Shown piece after piece: positions 25,301 to 39,172 of a stretch of 64,000 bases of DNA. The notes under the pieces are model-generated. The model ran no database searches. It was given only the letters and a program-made list of their open reading frames with translations, and was not told the origin of the DNA. The DNA is from Stegostoma tigrinum (Eukaryota). The position numbers and the translations under genes were made by a program. The DNA lies in contig NC_081385.1 of assembly GCF_030684315.1 (NCBI RefSeq), positions 6,250,341-6,314,340 on the forward strand, read 5' to 3'. Positions within the stretch are counted from its first letter, which is position 1, and each line of letters begins with the position of its first letter.

Positions 25301-26180
25301 CTATGGACAGAAAGTTAATCAGTGAAATAACAACTCGCATTTCCGAGGCACCTTCAACATAGTAAACCATCCCTAGGTATTTTGCAGGGACGCTATCAAA
25401 TAAAAATTGACTCTCAAACAAAATTTAACTCACATTTGACATGAATAAATATCGTGACAGCCAACCAGAACCTTAGTCATAGAGGTATGCTTTAAATAGT
25501 GCCTGACAAGAGGAAGTGAAGAGGGAATTTCAGAGTTCAGGTATAGCTGCCAGTAGTGAAACAAAGAAAATAAATCCGCGCAAGACACCAGAATTGGAGG
25601 AACACAGAGATTTCAGACGATAGTGGGGCTGAAGAAGTTTAAACAGATCAGGAGGAGGTGAGGCCATAGAGGAATTTGAAATTAAAGATGAGAACCTTGA
25701 AGTGGTAGCGCTGCGAGACTCAGAATAGATCTGTGAGCAAAGGGAGTGATGCGATGGTGGAACAGAACTTGGAACAAGCAGAGAACTGGGCAGCAGAAAT
25801 TGTAATGAACAATTTATAGAGGGTGGAAAAGACAGCAAAAGTATAAAGACCAGAGATAGAGTTCTCAAATAGTGATTGTGGCTAATCATCAATCCAATGT
25901 ATAATGATGTCCATTGACAGATTAGTTCTTCTTTCTGAACATTTTGGTGCCAATGGTGATGTTAGTTACTGAGCCTAGAGTTTCCTTGAATTCATCCAGA
26001 CCAGGTTCCTTTCTGAATCCCTGTGAGTGCTGCTAGCCAGGGAATGATTGCAGGGTCAAGGGTTAGAGAGCATTGACTTGCAATATCTCCCAAAGTTAAA
26101 TAGCTTCTGACACATCATTGCGGGCTGAAATGTGAAACATAACTGTTAATGAGGCTCAGGGGAAGAGACAACAATGAAAT

Positions 26181-27461
26181 GAGTCAGCAGCTTCAGGATA
26201 GGAGGGCCACCCTGTACCCCAGTGAGAGTCAGCACCTTCAGGAGAGGAGGGCCACCCCATACCCCAGTGAGAGTCAGCACCTTCAGGATAGGAGGACCAC
26301 CTTGTACCCCAGTGAGAGTCAGCACCTTCAGGAGAGGAGGGCCACCCCATACCCCAGTGAGAGTCAGCACCTTCAGGAGAGGAGGGCCACCCTGTACCCC
26401 AGTGAGAGTTGGCACCTTCAGGAGAGGAGGGCCACCCCGTACCCCAGTGAGAGTCAGCACCTTCAGGAGAGGAGGGCCACCCCATACCCCAGTGAGAGTC
26501 AGCACCTTCAGGAGAGGAGGGCCACCCCGTACCCCAGTGAGAGTCAGCACCTTCAGGAGAGGAGGGCCACCCCGTACCCCAGTGAGAATCAGCACCTTCA
26601 GGAGAGGAGGGCCACCCCATACCCCAGTGAGAGTCAGCACCTTCAGGAGAGGAGGGCCACCCTGTACCCCAGTGAGAGTCAGCACCTTCAGGAGAGGAGG
26701 GCCACCCCATACCCCAGTGAGAGTCAGCACTTTCAGGAGAGGAGGGCCACCCTGTACCCCAGTGAGAGTCAGCACCTTCAGGAGAGGAGGGCCACCCTGT
26801 ACCCCAGTGAGAGTCAGCACCTTCAGGAGAGGAGGGCCACCCCGTACCCCAGTGAGAGTCAGCACCTTCAGGAGAGGAGGGCCACCCCATACCCCAGTGA
26901 GAGTCAGCACCTTCAGGAGAGGAGGGCCACCCCATACCCCAGTGAGAGTCAGCACCTTCAAGATAGGAGGGCCACCCTGTACCCCAGTGAGAGTCGGCAC
27001 CTTCAGGAGAGGAGGGCCACCCTGTACCCCAGTGAGAGTCAGGACCTTCAGGATAGGAAGGCCACCCTGTACCCCAGTGAGAGTCAGCACCTTCAGGAGA
27101 GGAGGGCCACCCCATACCCCAGTGAGAGTCAGCACCTTCAGGAGAGGAGGGCCACCCCATACCCCAGTGAGAGTCAGCACCTTCAGGAGAGGAGGGTCAC
27201 CCCATACCCCAGTGAGAGTGGGCACCTTCAGGAGAGGAGGGCCACCCATATCCCAGTGAGAGTCAGCACCTTCAGGAGAGGAGGGCCACCCCATACCCCA
27301 GTGAGAGTTGGCACCTTCAGGAGAGGAGGGCCACCCCGTACCCCAGTGAGAGTCAGCACCTTCAGGATAGGAGGGCCACCACGTACCCCAGTGAGAGTTG
27401 GCACCTTCAGGATAGGAGGGCCACCCCATACCCCAGTGAGAGTTGGCACCTTCAGGAGAGG
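26181..27461. repeat. 45-bp minisatellite, ~28 copies
   Basis: Unit GAGAGTCAGCACCTTCAGGAGAGGAGGGCCACCC(C/T)(A/G)TACCCCAGT, with one 44-bp unit near 27245. Confidence 0.97.
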
Positions 27462-28120
27462 AAGAAGGAAATTGAGGCACAGACATTGATGTTCCAGAGT
27501 GAAAGAGAGTGGAGGCAGCTATGTCCCATCTCGTGAGACCTTCACAAACTAAATGAAATAAATTTTTGAATATGTCGAAGCGGTTAATTAATTGCAAAAT
27601 GCAGCAGTGGATGAGAATGTATTGATCTGTTTTGAGTTTTTCCTATAACCAACTCTATAGTTCACAGATCATTAAACCAGAGTACACAGCAGTTGGCTAT
27701 TTTGTCTTCAAGCCTGCTCCATTATTAAACACAATCATGGCTGATCTTGCCCCTCAACTCCATATTCCCACTCTATTCCCATTTCCCCTCATCCCATCAA
27801 CCTCCAAAAATCTATCAGCCTCTGTCTCGATTACAGTCACAAAAACAAAGAACCTACAACTCACAGATAGATATACCAACATCCATTAACAGCACCATAA
27901 AATAATCACTGTAATTGTAAAGAATAATTGAGAGTGAGAGAAAAACTTCATTATACTCAGGGTCATTCCTCCAAACATCCATCTTACACATTAATTTGGA
28001 TTTTAACCCTGTGCTACTTCTGGCAGGTTAAAATAGAACCTATCAATCTGAACAGAAATCTCTGATCGACAGCTAATTCGCTTTTCCGGCAACATATTTC
28101 TGTTTCAGAGCAGAATAGAA

Positions 28121-28320
28121 CTTACAATCCGCAGTCAATAATCCAGTACAATTGCTATGCTTCTGTTGCCAGTGCTTCATCTGTGCAGTCTACTTTTGGT
28201 CTTCCTCCTGAGCAGCACCCTGTTCTGTTTCCCTGAGAGCATTAAGTGGCGGTCATGTCATACTGTTGTTCCTCAATTCACTTTAGGGCCCAGGAAACCG
28301 CACTGTGGAAGTGAAGGGTG
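28121..28320 (-). promoter_or_regulatory. Putative non-coding first exon and promoter of the JAML-like gene
   Basis: Minus-strand donor ATT|GTAAGT at ~28126. Adjacent RUNX-like (ACCGCA) and ETS-like (GGAAGTGAA) motifs at ~28292-28315, typical of leukocyte promoters. Motif-level evidence only. Confidence 0.3.
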
Positions 28321-28819
28321 AACATTTGGTTACCTTTTCCTCCAAATATCTCAGTTGTGAGGATAGGCCACTTCACCGATAATGAAAAACGTGTCTGTAA
28401 AAACCTTTACTTTTCATATGAGCTAAAAGGTAAGGGAAGTTGTGTTAAAAATAACAACAGAAGTTGCGAGAGAATGTGCAGCATCTGTGAAGAGAAAGCA
28501 ATATAAAAATGTCTTGTCACTCTTTGAAATAGCACCAGAGGGGCTTGGCAAAATTACTTGTGCAACAAAAGCTTTAGAGATATTAAACTGAGAAAATGAA
28601 AAATGCAAAACTCAAGTTGATATAATTGATTGAACAACACTATTTTGAAGAGCAGGGCAGTTCTTCCAGGTGCCTTAGAACATCAGTGAGTAAGTGTCCC
28701 CTAATTTTAAGGGATGTCTCTAACTTAGTCTGTTTTTTTGGGAAGTCTTTTGTCCAGTGCCTGTGAGACAGGACAGGCTAAGTGTCTCAGTTCAGCAATG
28801 TGAGTGAAATCAAATGGAC

Positions 28820-29175
28820 AGGCGGTATTATAGTGGTACAGTCACTCGACTAATAATCCAAAGGGCCCAGCTAATGTCCTGGGGACATAGGCTCAGAGCG
28901 CACCGTGGCAGATAATGAATCAAATAATCAAATTAAAATAACGGTGACCATATTACCACTGTCGTGAAAAACCCGCTGTCTCTCTAATGCCCTTTAGAGA
29001 AGGGACTCTGGCATCCTTACCTTTGGTTAGCCTGTATGTGACTCCAGACCCACTACTGTGGTTGTCTCTTAACTGATCTCTAACATGCCCAAGCAAGCTG
29101 CTCAGGTCAAGGGCACTTAGAAGTGACAATAAATGCTGGCTTTGCCAGTGATGCCCTCATCCCATTAAGGAATAG
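28820..29175 (+). mobile_element. tRNA-headed SINE with a LINE-derived tail; related copies at 7955-8320(-), 11450-11835, 37020-37300(-)
   Basis: Shared core GACTCCAGACCCAC...GTGGTTG.CTCTTAACTG and tail CAATAAATGCTGGC...GCCAG.GATGCCC.CATCCC. Confidence 0.7.
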
Positions 29176-32016
29176 AATGTGAAAGTCCGTGAGTGAACTG
29201 CCGGAAAGATGATAACATTCTTTGAGAGTTTTGGATGCTTTAAGATTCCCAAGCAACACATCATCCTTTGGAACTATATTGCTATTCTTTCAGTGTTGCT
29301 GGATCCAAATCCTGGAACTCTTCCTCGTAGCACTGTGGGTGCCCCTACAGAACAAGTGTTGCAGTGGTTCAAGAGGGCAGTGCGCCACCACTTTCTCCAG
29401 GTTAGGTCGGGCTGAATAATAAATGCTGGACCAGTCAGCAATACATACACCCCATGCAAGAATATTCAAACATTCCACTCTCATTCTCACCAAAATGACC
29501 CATTCTGTATTATTGTCAACAGCAGTGCCTACTCCCAGAACCATCCAACTTCCAGTCACACCCAAACAAACTGCTCTTTATGTTGATATTGTTGATTTGG
29601 CAACTCTCTGAATATTTTTTGCTGATCAATTTTTTTTTGAGAAACAGATGAGCTGGTCAATATCATACTGTAGTCGGTGGGAGCTTTCTGCGCACAAATT
29701 ACAAGTTATTGCTTTTCCAGAGGCTACATAATTGGATGGCAAGAGTTTCAAACTGTCAAGTTGATGTGAAAGCCTGTAGAAACACCAGGCTTTGTCTTTC
29801 CCATCACATTCCCTTCCGGAATCAGCTTTGCAGGAAACTACGACCAGCGAAACTGACTTTGCTAATAGGCCATGACTAATAATCAAGTCTACATGTGGGA
29901 ATGCAGGAGTTGGGTGTGCAATCTCCTTTTGATTTGGAATATCTAGTCATTGGTGGGTATTTTGATATGTAGTAATCAACATGTTCAGAGATGTTATTCT
30001 ACACCTCCGCAGCAGACGGGACTTTAAGATGGGCCTCACTACTGTTGCACCACACAATCCCGCCTAGTGGCCATTTGTATCTGTAGAGAAAGACATGTAC
30101 CTCCCCAACTAATGCACATGGCCTGAAGTTGCGGTTGGGGTGATCTCATTGAAACTAATCATAAAAGAAATTACAGTTAAACCTCTGGCTTTCCCAAAAT
30201 CTCTGGTGGCTTCAGGTGCACCAGTCTTGTTTTCAGCTATACCACAACTACAGACTTTGCAAACTGAAAGTACTTCACACCAACCTTTCCTCCCTGCACA
30301 GCCAAAGCACACCACAAGATGGAGTCAGGACAGGAGAGGAAATACAGTACGACAGTGCACCCCAAACCTTTCCCCACTCTGACCCCATAATCAAGGCTTG
30401 AAACTTGTGGCAACTCCTCAGTGAAACTGTAAGAGTGAACTGGGGAGGGTTGGGCTGCAGGGTGGTGAGTTGGGTGTTGTTAGAGCAGGAGAAAGGTAAT
30501 GATAAAGGCACCGTAATCCCAGATGCTGCTCTCTCATTAGAGACAGAGGTGACTGGTGGTGGCTTCACCTGAGGGTCACCGTGATTCAGGTGTGTGGTGA
30601 GGTTGAGATGGTGGAGATCTTCAACTGTTATAACTCCATCAGAACTCTGGTAACTATTGCCATGTTTGAGCTCCTAGCCCCCCACTTTGGGAAGCCCTAC
30701 GCTAGGTGCTCTTAGTCTGGAGAAGTTTGAAATTATAATACTTAACAAGGCAATTTACAGGACCCAAGGACAATAGTGGGTACAAGTAAAAAGGGAACTA
30801 AGACACTTACAAAGGGTTTACAATTGATTTTAATAAAATTTTGCTAGATTGATTGCTAGCAAGGGAGAGATGTCCTATGACAAGTGATTGAGTAGAATGA
30901 GCCAATATTCTCTGGCATTTGGGGGATTGACAAGTGATCTCATCACAATGTAAAAAATTGTTTGAGGTTTTGGCAGGGTGGATGCTGATGGGCTGTTTCC
31001 ACAAGTGGAACAAAGGGTGTGCCCCAGGATAAGGGTTTGTCTGAATTACTTCAAAGTGTCATGGCTCTTTCAAATTCTCTACCTCAGAGTGTTGTGACAG
31101 TCAAGATTCAAAAGAGAGTTTTGGACAACGGGGAATTCCACTGACAAAATAGGACGGGTAAGTGTAGCCGAGGTACATTACTGAATGATCCAGAAAGCTG
31201 GGGGCGTGTATGACCCACTCGTGATCTTACTGAAGTCCTTATGTCAGAAAGCACTTTACAAGGAATGATTGTTTCCAGAGGCTGGATATCTAGTATCAGA
31301 GGAACAAAAATTCTGCAATCGCTTGATAAACAGGATCAAGCTGTAACTGAAGCCAGTTGGTACAGGTAGCTGGACAGAGAGCGGGTATACCCAAGAATTT
31401 TCCCTGCCTCTAATTATTATTGGTACTACCTTTAACTCAACCTGTGCAAAAAGGTGCTATCACAGATCTCCAGGACAGCTGGGACATAAACAGGACTTTC
31501 TGCCAGAAGCAGAAACACTACCATTGCACCACAAGTCCCCTCGACCATGTAGATGTTTATAATCAACCTGATAAGGGGTCATCGCTCTAGAACAAGTGAG
31601 ACTTCAACTTGGATCTTCTGTCCTAGAGGTAGGGACACTGCCACCACACAAGAACCTCATTTATACACTGACAAGACGTATGGGGAGCTGGCATTGCTTC
31701 TAATTTCAATACAATGAAGTTTCTTATCCAAATGAATCTTGATCTTCAACCACAATGCATACAATGACCTTGCTATGATCTGTGCTTGTGGTCTGTGCTC
31801 ACGAGTGCCCCCAAGTGGACGATGGTGACACTACAGCTTAACAAATTTTGCGGTCAGTTTCCTAGCTTTAAGATATTTATTCAATCTGTTCAGAGACATT
31901 ACATGCCACTAGAGCAGGCAAAACACGAACCTAGGCCACCTGCCTCAAAGGTAGAGTCTCTACAACTGCACCACATCAGGCCCCCTTTAACCAGCTTGAA
32001 AATAGTTCTCACTAAT

Positions 32017-32290
32017 TAGATTAGATTAGATTCCCTACAGTGTGGAAACAGGCCCTTTGGCCCAACAAGTCACACTGCCCTTTGGAGCATCCCACCCAGA
32101 CCCACCCCTGAACACTACGGCCAATCCACCTAGCCTACACATCTTTGGAGGAACACCGGAGCACCCGGAGGAAACCCATGCAGACACGCGGAGAATGTGC
32201 AAACTCCGCATCGACAGTTGCCCAAGGCTGGAATTGAACCCAGATCCCTGGCGCTGTGAGGCTGCAGTGCTAACCACTGAGCTACCGTGT
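32017..32290 (-). mobile_element. V-SINE (HE1-like) with a short (TCTAA)n tail
   Basis: Same family; the plus strand shows ttagattagattaga at the tail. Confidence 0.85.
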
Positions 32291-32544
32291 GCGGATTTAA
32301 TAAGGGTAGTAAACTCTATTGTTAAAATGCTTTGACTTATTCTTCACCATCAGGATGTTGTCAACAAAGTCTGGACTTAGTGGAAAACTATAAAGGAGGC
32401 AGAAGATGCCAATCAGCATTTTTGTGGAGAGGAGATCAATTAATCCTTTGGATTTAGAACGTGTTTGAAGAGGAATTAGGCAAGCAAAAGAGCACAGAGA
32501 TAAACCCAAAAAGTAATAAGTGGGATGTTTTAAAATTTGTCAAT

Positions 32545-32763
32545 ATAGTGTGGCACTGGAGGATCACAGCAGGTCAGGCAGCAAAGGCAAAGGAGAGTCG
32601 ACATTTCAGGCCTAGACCCTTCATCACAGCTTTGGGAGGGGGGGTGGTGTCTAGGCTAGAAACATTGACTCTCCTACTCTGATGCTGCCTGACCTGCTGT
32701 GTTCCTCCAGCTCCACACTATAAATCGGCTCTGACTGCAACATCTGCAATTCTTGCTATCTCT
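32545..32763. mobile_element. Diverged short fold-back PLE-terminus insertion
   Basis: Inverted arms around ~32635; a variant of the same terminus. Confidence 0.7.
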
Positions 32764-34674
32764 GGTTTTAATTGGTCATATCATGTGCAGAAACTAATGA
32801 TCAAACACATTTTAAAATTATTTCACAGACTTAAGCAACCAGAAAATGTTGTGGGGATATAGGAAGAGGAAGTGGTTGTTCAGTTCCTCCTTGTCCGTTA
32901 GGGTAATAAATTATGCCAAAACTGATCTACATCTTAACTTCATCCATCTATCTTGGCTCTGCAATCCTTAAGTACTAAAATAAAAAAACAAAACCCATCA
33001 AATTCTGCCTTGAAATTTTCAATGCATCCCCAGAGGAGACTGCTGAAGAATTCCATGGTCCTTTGCATGAAGGCATTCTCCAGATATTACCTTAAATGGT
33101 TGGACTGTTAAAAGGTAACATTCCTTCTCAAACACAAGAAGTATGAAACTAAATTGATGCTGCCCAGTATCTCACGTTATCATTGCTGTGACCTGGAATT
33201 AGTTCAAAACCAATTATATGGTTTAAAAAAAATTCAATCTATAGATATGTGTCTGGTCTTTTGGGTTTCTCATGAATAGATGATGTGGTTAGAAACTCTG
33301 CATAAAGACCTCAATCGTGTGATCTTGATCAGAATCCCTACTTACAAACTAGAGTTTACCCAGAAGCATTCAGAGAAATGTCTTGGGCAAACTTCTAGGC
33401 CAGCAATTTTCTCAGCTGAAGCAGGACCATCCAGTCCAAGAACCCAAGCAGGCAGCAGCAGTGAGAAGTGATGCTGAGCCCACATCCCTTTTCTCAGCAG
33501 TAGCTGCTGCATTCCATGGCTTACAAAAGGTAAGTGAGAAATAGGGTGGCAGGTAAATGGGTAATGGCTGAGGGTAGGTCACGGGCTCTTGGCTTTGTAA
33601 AGGTTTTTGGGATAATTTAAGGTTAAGAAAAAAAACAAAAGGAGCTGGGAAGGGAATGTCAGGTAAGAGAGAGTGGGATTTCAGGTGCCTGGGCAAGTCA
33701 GGGAAGAGGTCATTAGTGTCTTTCTGCTCCATGGCCAACTGCCTCTACTGGTACAGCTTGTCTCGACTGAGCTCTCCCTACACCTTGGATTCCTCAAGGT
33801 GTGAATGCCAAACAAATGACAGAGGCCCAGTTGTTTTTTTTAAAAACCCATGTGCACCAGGTTAAGTAGACTCAAACTCAAATAGAGCATCCTTACAGGT
33901 CACACTGGCTCAGAACCCAGGTTGATCAAGATCATAAACCGACAGCATAACTCAAACCTGTTCCTGATTAAGTGGCATAAAATTTGATGGAAATAAGTTA
34001 CCCACTCATTAAAGCATTTTTGCATTTTACTGTATATTCCATTGAATAATCCAAGAAATAAAAGACAATGTGAAGTAGGCAGTGAACAATAAACAGGACG
34101 ATTAAAGGTATGAATCCAAGCTCCAATAATGGTTCACAATTGTAGATATGAAATGAAGTATCATCTATACGGGAATCTTTGAGATTGAAAAAAAATGATA
34201 GGCAATGATTTTACTTCACAAAGGCTGTACAACACAGAACTGTTTTAAAATTGCTCAGAATTGTTAGAATAAAATGGGATCTTTTAGCAATCAAGTCTAT
34301 TCTTACAATATAATACATAATTACAACTAGATGATAACCAAGAGTCACCCAGACCCTAGATAACAGCATTCACAAAGCTTTCAGGTCATTAATAGATTGA
34401 GGCCCTAACAAATATTGTATTGTAAATTCTTTATAAAAAGAAAGTACTTCCAGTCTGTGAGCAGCTAGTAAAATTAGAATTTCCCTCATTGACAAGGCAA
34501 CAGGTTGTCTGTTACTGCTACCTATTTCCGATAGATTCTATTTGTAGTAACAAAATAGGGCCAATTAGAATACTGAGCAACGCCTGGATTAAATGACATT
34601 CATTGTATTGTTCTTGGCAGGGATGACAGTGCTTCACTGGAGCAAAGCAAGGGCAAGTAGGGAATGGGAGTAGC

Positions 34675-35118
34675 TCATTCCTCTTTGACATTTTCAGTGG
34701 CTGCCTGGCCATTGGAAGGAGAGCTACACAGCTTTCCCTCGGCTGTCAACTTTCTCAGGTAGTCATGTGGTCCTTTGCCTTCGAAGGCGGATGGGCACTT
34801 GTAGGAGCCTCCAATTCTGTCCCAGAGCGTAAAATATTGTCCATAATTGTAGTCAAAGTACAGGTGGTGGTCAGTGTGATGGGCTGCACCATTGATGACC
34901 TCCTCAAGGATCTTAGGCACTCTGTAATTCCCATCGTGAATGGACACTGTCCAGATGTTGACAAAGATGTAAAGACCCAGGTAGGCCAGTTTGTGCAGCG
35001 GGAACAGGAATGGATAGATATGATATGGGATACTCTGCAGGAAGCCATCAATAGGATGAAAAGCGTGACTTGCAAACGGCGTTGCAATCTTCCAGGTATG
35101 GTGGGGCTTGTGTAAGCG
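34675..35118 (-). CDS. SC5D: SC5D last coding exon
   Basis: cag|[33 protein letters not shown]...[30 protein letters not shown]...EE-TGA. His boxes HKPHH and HHTDHH. 444 bp; total CDS 888 bp. Confidence 0.97.
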   Translation of the reverse strand, partial: RLHKPHHTWKIATPFASHAFHPIDGFLQSIPYHIYPFLFPLHKLAYLGLYIFVNIWTVSIHDGNYRVPKILEEVINGAAHHTDHHLYFDYNYGQYFTLWDRIGGSYKCPSAFEGKGPHDYLRKLTAEGKLCSSPSNGQAATENVKEE

Positions 35119-35791
35119 CTGTAGACAAGAGAGGAATTACAAATAATCAGCATATTAGCGATCACTTGAAACTAAAAATAAAGGCACATAGTTCTAAAAG
35201 AACAAAACCAAAAGATTTTAAATATCAACCATATTATGACAACAGCAAGAAACATGGGACTTCAACATGGATCTTCTGGCCAAGAGGCATGGACATTTCA
35301 CTGATGCCATAAGATTTCTTCAGGAAGCAATTCTATATTTACTTAAGATACTCTTCATTCACGATCTGGCCCTCATGATGTCAGATGTCCATCAACATCC
35401 AAAATCAGGGTTAGATGCAATAATAAGAAACATCAGCAATTTAAAATAAATTTAAATGAAGTGGAAATAAGGTTAGTTGTAGATTTCTGTCGCACTCCTT
35501 TCAGGTAATGCAATCAATATTAACTTCCAAAGGGGAAACTGAATAATATTTGAGGAGAAATTTACACGGTAGAAGGAAAGACTGGGGTGGGTCTAATGAA
35601 GAACTGCCTCAGTGGGGTGCAAGGTCTCCTTCTGACCTATCCGATATCGTTATCAATGCCAGCATGTCTGATTAGACCCCTTTCATTAGATACATGTATC
35701 TAATCGGGTCAAATAAAATCTAAACCCCATTTTCAAATCTCTGAATAATCTGTGTATGAAAGCCGTACTTCCTTGTAACTCTAACATTTAC

Positions 35792-35892
35792 CTTATAGAG
35801 GAGCCTGTGGTGAAGAAACCGATGGATCCAGTAGATACACATGTCCGTGAAGAACAGAAAGGAGACCATACTGAAGATTACTCCAAACCAAC
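35792..35892 (-). CDS. SC5D: SC5D coding exon 3 (gene exon 4)
   Basis: cag|..WFGVIFSMVSFLFFTDMCIYWIHRFLHHRLLYK|gtaaat. First His box (HRFLH). 101 bp. Confidence 0.96.
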
Positions 35893-36781
35893 CTGATTAA
35901 ACAGGAAGACAAAATTACAGGGTGGTAGTTTCCTCAGCATACAGTCACAGACATTAGCCACCTATTCCAGTTCACCGTACACACATAGCTCTAAGCATCA
36001 CAGTCACAAGCCATAACTTTGAGAATTTTGGGGGAAAGGTGTGAGGTGAGGGGGGTTGTGGAACTCCCACCATGTGGCACAAACAAGGCAAAACAGGAGT
36101 TAATACCTAAGGAGTACATTTACTGCTCTTTCCCTTCCCTGCAGTTATTTGAAAAGTGGATTTTTCCTTGGCCCACTTTACTCAGACAGAATTTCCATAA
36201 ATAACAACTACATTTATATGGCACCTTTAACACAGTGAAACATCCCAAGGTCCTTCACATGCAGATTATCGTACAAACTTTATATTATGCCGAACAAGGA
36301 TAAAGGATCAAACATTTGGAGGAAGATGTAGGTTTTAGGAGTCATTACAAAGGGGAAAGGCAGAACGAGAGAAAAGAACAGAAAAAGAAAAAGAAAAAAG
36401 GAAAAGAAAGGAAGCTGAAAATGTTTGGACGGGGAATGCTCACATCCTAGGCAACCAATTGAAACTAGAACTCAGGAACCTACAATAGTGGAACCAATGG
36501 CAGGAACAGGGAATGGGGTTACAACTTGTTCCATACAACTGAGATATTTCCAAAGCAACAAGTTCATCAAATTCTCAAATCAGCCATGGACTACAAAGAC
36601 AGAGCAGATGTGAGGGGTTGAAATGACTTACTCTTGCTCCTCCATGTCACCTGGTCTCGGGTTTCAAGAACAATGCAAAGTTCAGCTTGCTGCCCAGTGT
36701 GAGGGAATCAAGTAAAATGTTGGCCAAAATCCACTTCCCCATGTGGAATTCCCATTTCCCTGTTTTGTTAACAACATTTAC

Positions 36782-36914
36782 CATAATGGGAATCCTCGAT
36801 ATTGTCGTACAATTTGCTGTAGCCTCGGACCTCTGCAAAGAATAATGCCACTGTTGGAATGCTCATCCATGGCATTGACTTCAAAGCATATTTTATCTCC
36901 CGCTGCACTTGATT
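36782..36914 (-). CDS. SC5D: SC5D coding exon 2 (gene exon 3)
   Basis: tag|NQVQREIKYALKSMPWMSIPTVALFFAEVRGYSKLYDNIEDSHY+G|gtaaat. 133 bp. Confidence 0.96.
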
Positions 36915-37945
36915 CTATAAAAGGGGAAGGGGTGGAAAAGAAAGACTAACTTTAAAAATATCCACAACATCTATCTGCGTTACTTTTCCAACAAAAAAAC
37001 CACAGCGCAGAAATATTTTTTCTTTATTAATTCACGGGATGAGAGCATCGTTGGCCAGGCAGCATTTATTGCCCATCCCTAATTGCCCAAAGGGTAGTAA
37101 GGATGACAGTTTCGTTCCCAAAAGGACACTAGTGAACCAGGTGCTTTTTTCCAACAATGGACAATGGATTCACGGTCATCATTAAATTCTTAATTGCAGA
37201 TATTTACTGAATTCAAATTCCACCATCTGCCATGGCAGAATTCAAACCTGGGTCCCCCAAAGTTATGAGAGTCTCTGGATTAAGTGTCCAGCGATAATAA
37301 GGTCATTTGGTACAGTATCCCTTAGCCAGTTTGTCTCTACAGGTTATAGCTACTGGGCTGTCAAAACCACATCTCAGTCATTAAGACAGCAGCCAGAGGC
37401 AAGTTGTAGATGGGGCAGAGAAATAAAAGAATAGAAAGTTGAATTAGAAGTAATCATGAAATATGAACATAAAATAGTGACTTATAAGCAAAAACAATTA
37501 GCTTTCCAAAAATTTAAAATATAATCCCATTTGCTGGTCTAAGCAAGTATTGTCAAAACAATTTTAAAAAATGCCCAAGAATTCTACTTTTCCATCAAGT
37601 ACTGACTTAGGAACTCACACCATTTCCTCCACATGAACAACAGAAATACATGATGCAGAGTATAATATGGTGGTTGCATATATAACACAAGAGATATTCC
37701 ATCTGATGAGTCAACACAATAGGACGTTTCACAAGGATGTCAAGAAGTCTTTAATGCCATTGCTTTTAAAAAGGCCTTGCTAGGACCAGAATATGTACTT
37801 AAAACAGGAAAGATTTGCAGGATTGGCAGCATAAAAAGAAGGTGGTGTGGTGGTGGAACTAATTGTTTGTTTATAGGATTTTTAAAAACAGCTAGCCAAT
37901 TAAATGAACTGAGAGACCCAGAGACGTCAGGGATATAGCACGTAC

Positions 37946-38155
37946 CGGCAAATACTGTGGATGTTTCTTCAGTGTGTGATCAAAAATGAAATAGTAGCTA
38001 AACATTCCGAACAGGAGGTAGATAGCAGCAGCTCCCAAATTTGTTACAACTAGGAGGCTCACTATCTGGCGTACAGCTTCATCCTCTGGCCAGGAACTAG
38101 GGTACACATATGGCGTGAAGAAGTAGTAGTCTGTGTAATGCAGTACGATATCCAT
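37946..38155 (-). CDS. SC5D: SC5D (lathosterol oxidase / sterol-C5-desaturase), first coding exon
   Basis: Kozak GCCATGG; MDIVLHYTDYYFFTPYVYPSSWPEDEAVRQIVSLLVVTNLG...FDHTLKKHPQYLP|gtacg. 210 coding bp. The acceptor just upstream (exon starts 38163) implies a non-coding exon 1. Confidence 0.96.
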
Positions 38156-38978
38156 GGCATAACCTGTAAACCAAAAGAGACGCGAGTGATTCATATGTAA
38201 GAAAACTTGATTCCCAGTGAACGCTCAGTACTCTTTCCAGATCTTCATTCAGTGACCCTGACTGGACTGACCTATACTGCGAGATGCTTAATGTAATAAC
38301 ATTCAAAAGAGATTCCTTTGTCTGGTATTGTTCAACAGTAATGCTTAGGTTATTCCCTTTTACAATGATATTAAATAAGTGGAAGAGAATTTCAAAGCAG
38401 ACTGTTTGGTATTAAGCACACAAGAATTTAGACTGTCATTTCAAAGAGAGGGGAGCTACATAAAACAGTTATCAACAAGTGCAAAAGCTTTTAAGGATGT
38501 CCTGAAATCACCAAAGATACTTTATAAATGTAAGCCTTTCCTTGAAAAAGTTAAGTACAGCATTTCCATTACCAGATCAGTGATGGGACTGCCATATTTT
38601 TTAGTGCAAAATAGTTTCCAATGAAAAAGGATGTCGCTTCTCTTTTATATTTGCCTTTATCCAAGGTTACCATTAAACACCAAACCTGTTGCTCACCATT
38701 TGGATTTTGATCATCCACTGCAAATATTCCAAAGGGCCTCCAGTAACACCATCTTATATTTCTATAGCGACTTCCATGTTGGAAAACATCAAGATGCTTT
38801 GTGGCAGCCATTATCAAATTTTATGGGACTTTATAAAAAGGAGAACAGAGAGGTGGAAAGATTTAGGGATCTTAAGTTCAAGGTGGCTGAATAAGGTCAA
38901 GGGCATAAATCTGAAGAATTTAGATTTAAAAGGAGGGTGAGGCCTCATGGATCAGAAACAAAAGAAGATTTTAAAATA

Positions 38979-39172
38979 GAGATAACAAGGTGTAGAGCTG
39001 GGTGAATACAGCAGGCCAAGCAGCATCAGAAGAGCAGGAAAACTGACATTTTGGGCCTAGACCCATTTTCTAGCTTTCCTGCTCCTCTGATGCTGCTTGG
39101 CCTGCTGTGTCCATCCAGCTCTAACCTTGCTATCAGATTCTCCAGCATCTGCAGTTCCTACTACCTCTGAAC
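38979..39172. mobile_element. Short fold-back PLE-terminus insertion
   Basis: 13-bp TSD AGATTTTAAAATA at 38966-38978 and 39173-39185. Confidence 0.88.

Noticed and set aside
26181-27461. CRISPR-like array
   Set aside because: Units are contiguous with no unique spacers, and the context is eukaryotic.
26146-27597. Long ORFs (334-483 aa) on both strands
   Set aside because: They are translations of the 45-bp minisatellite (15-aa periodicity), with no splice or homology support.
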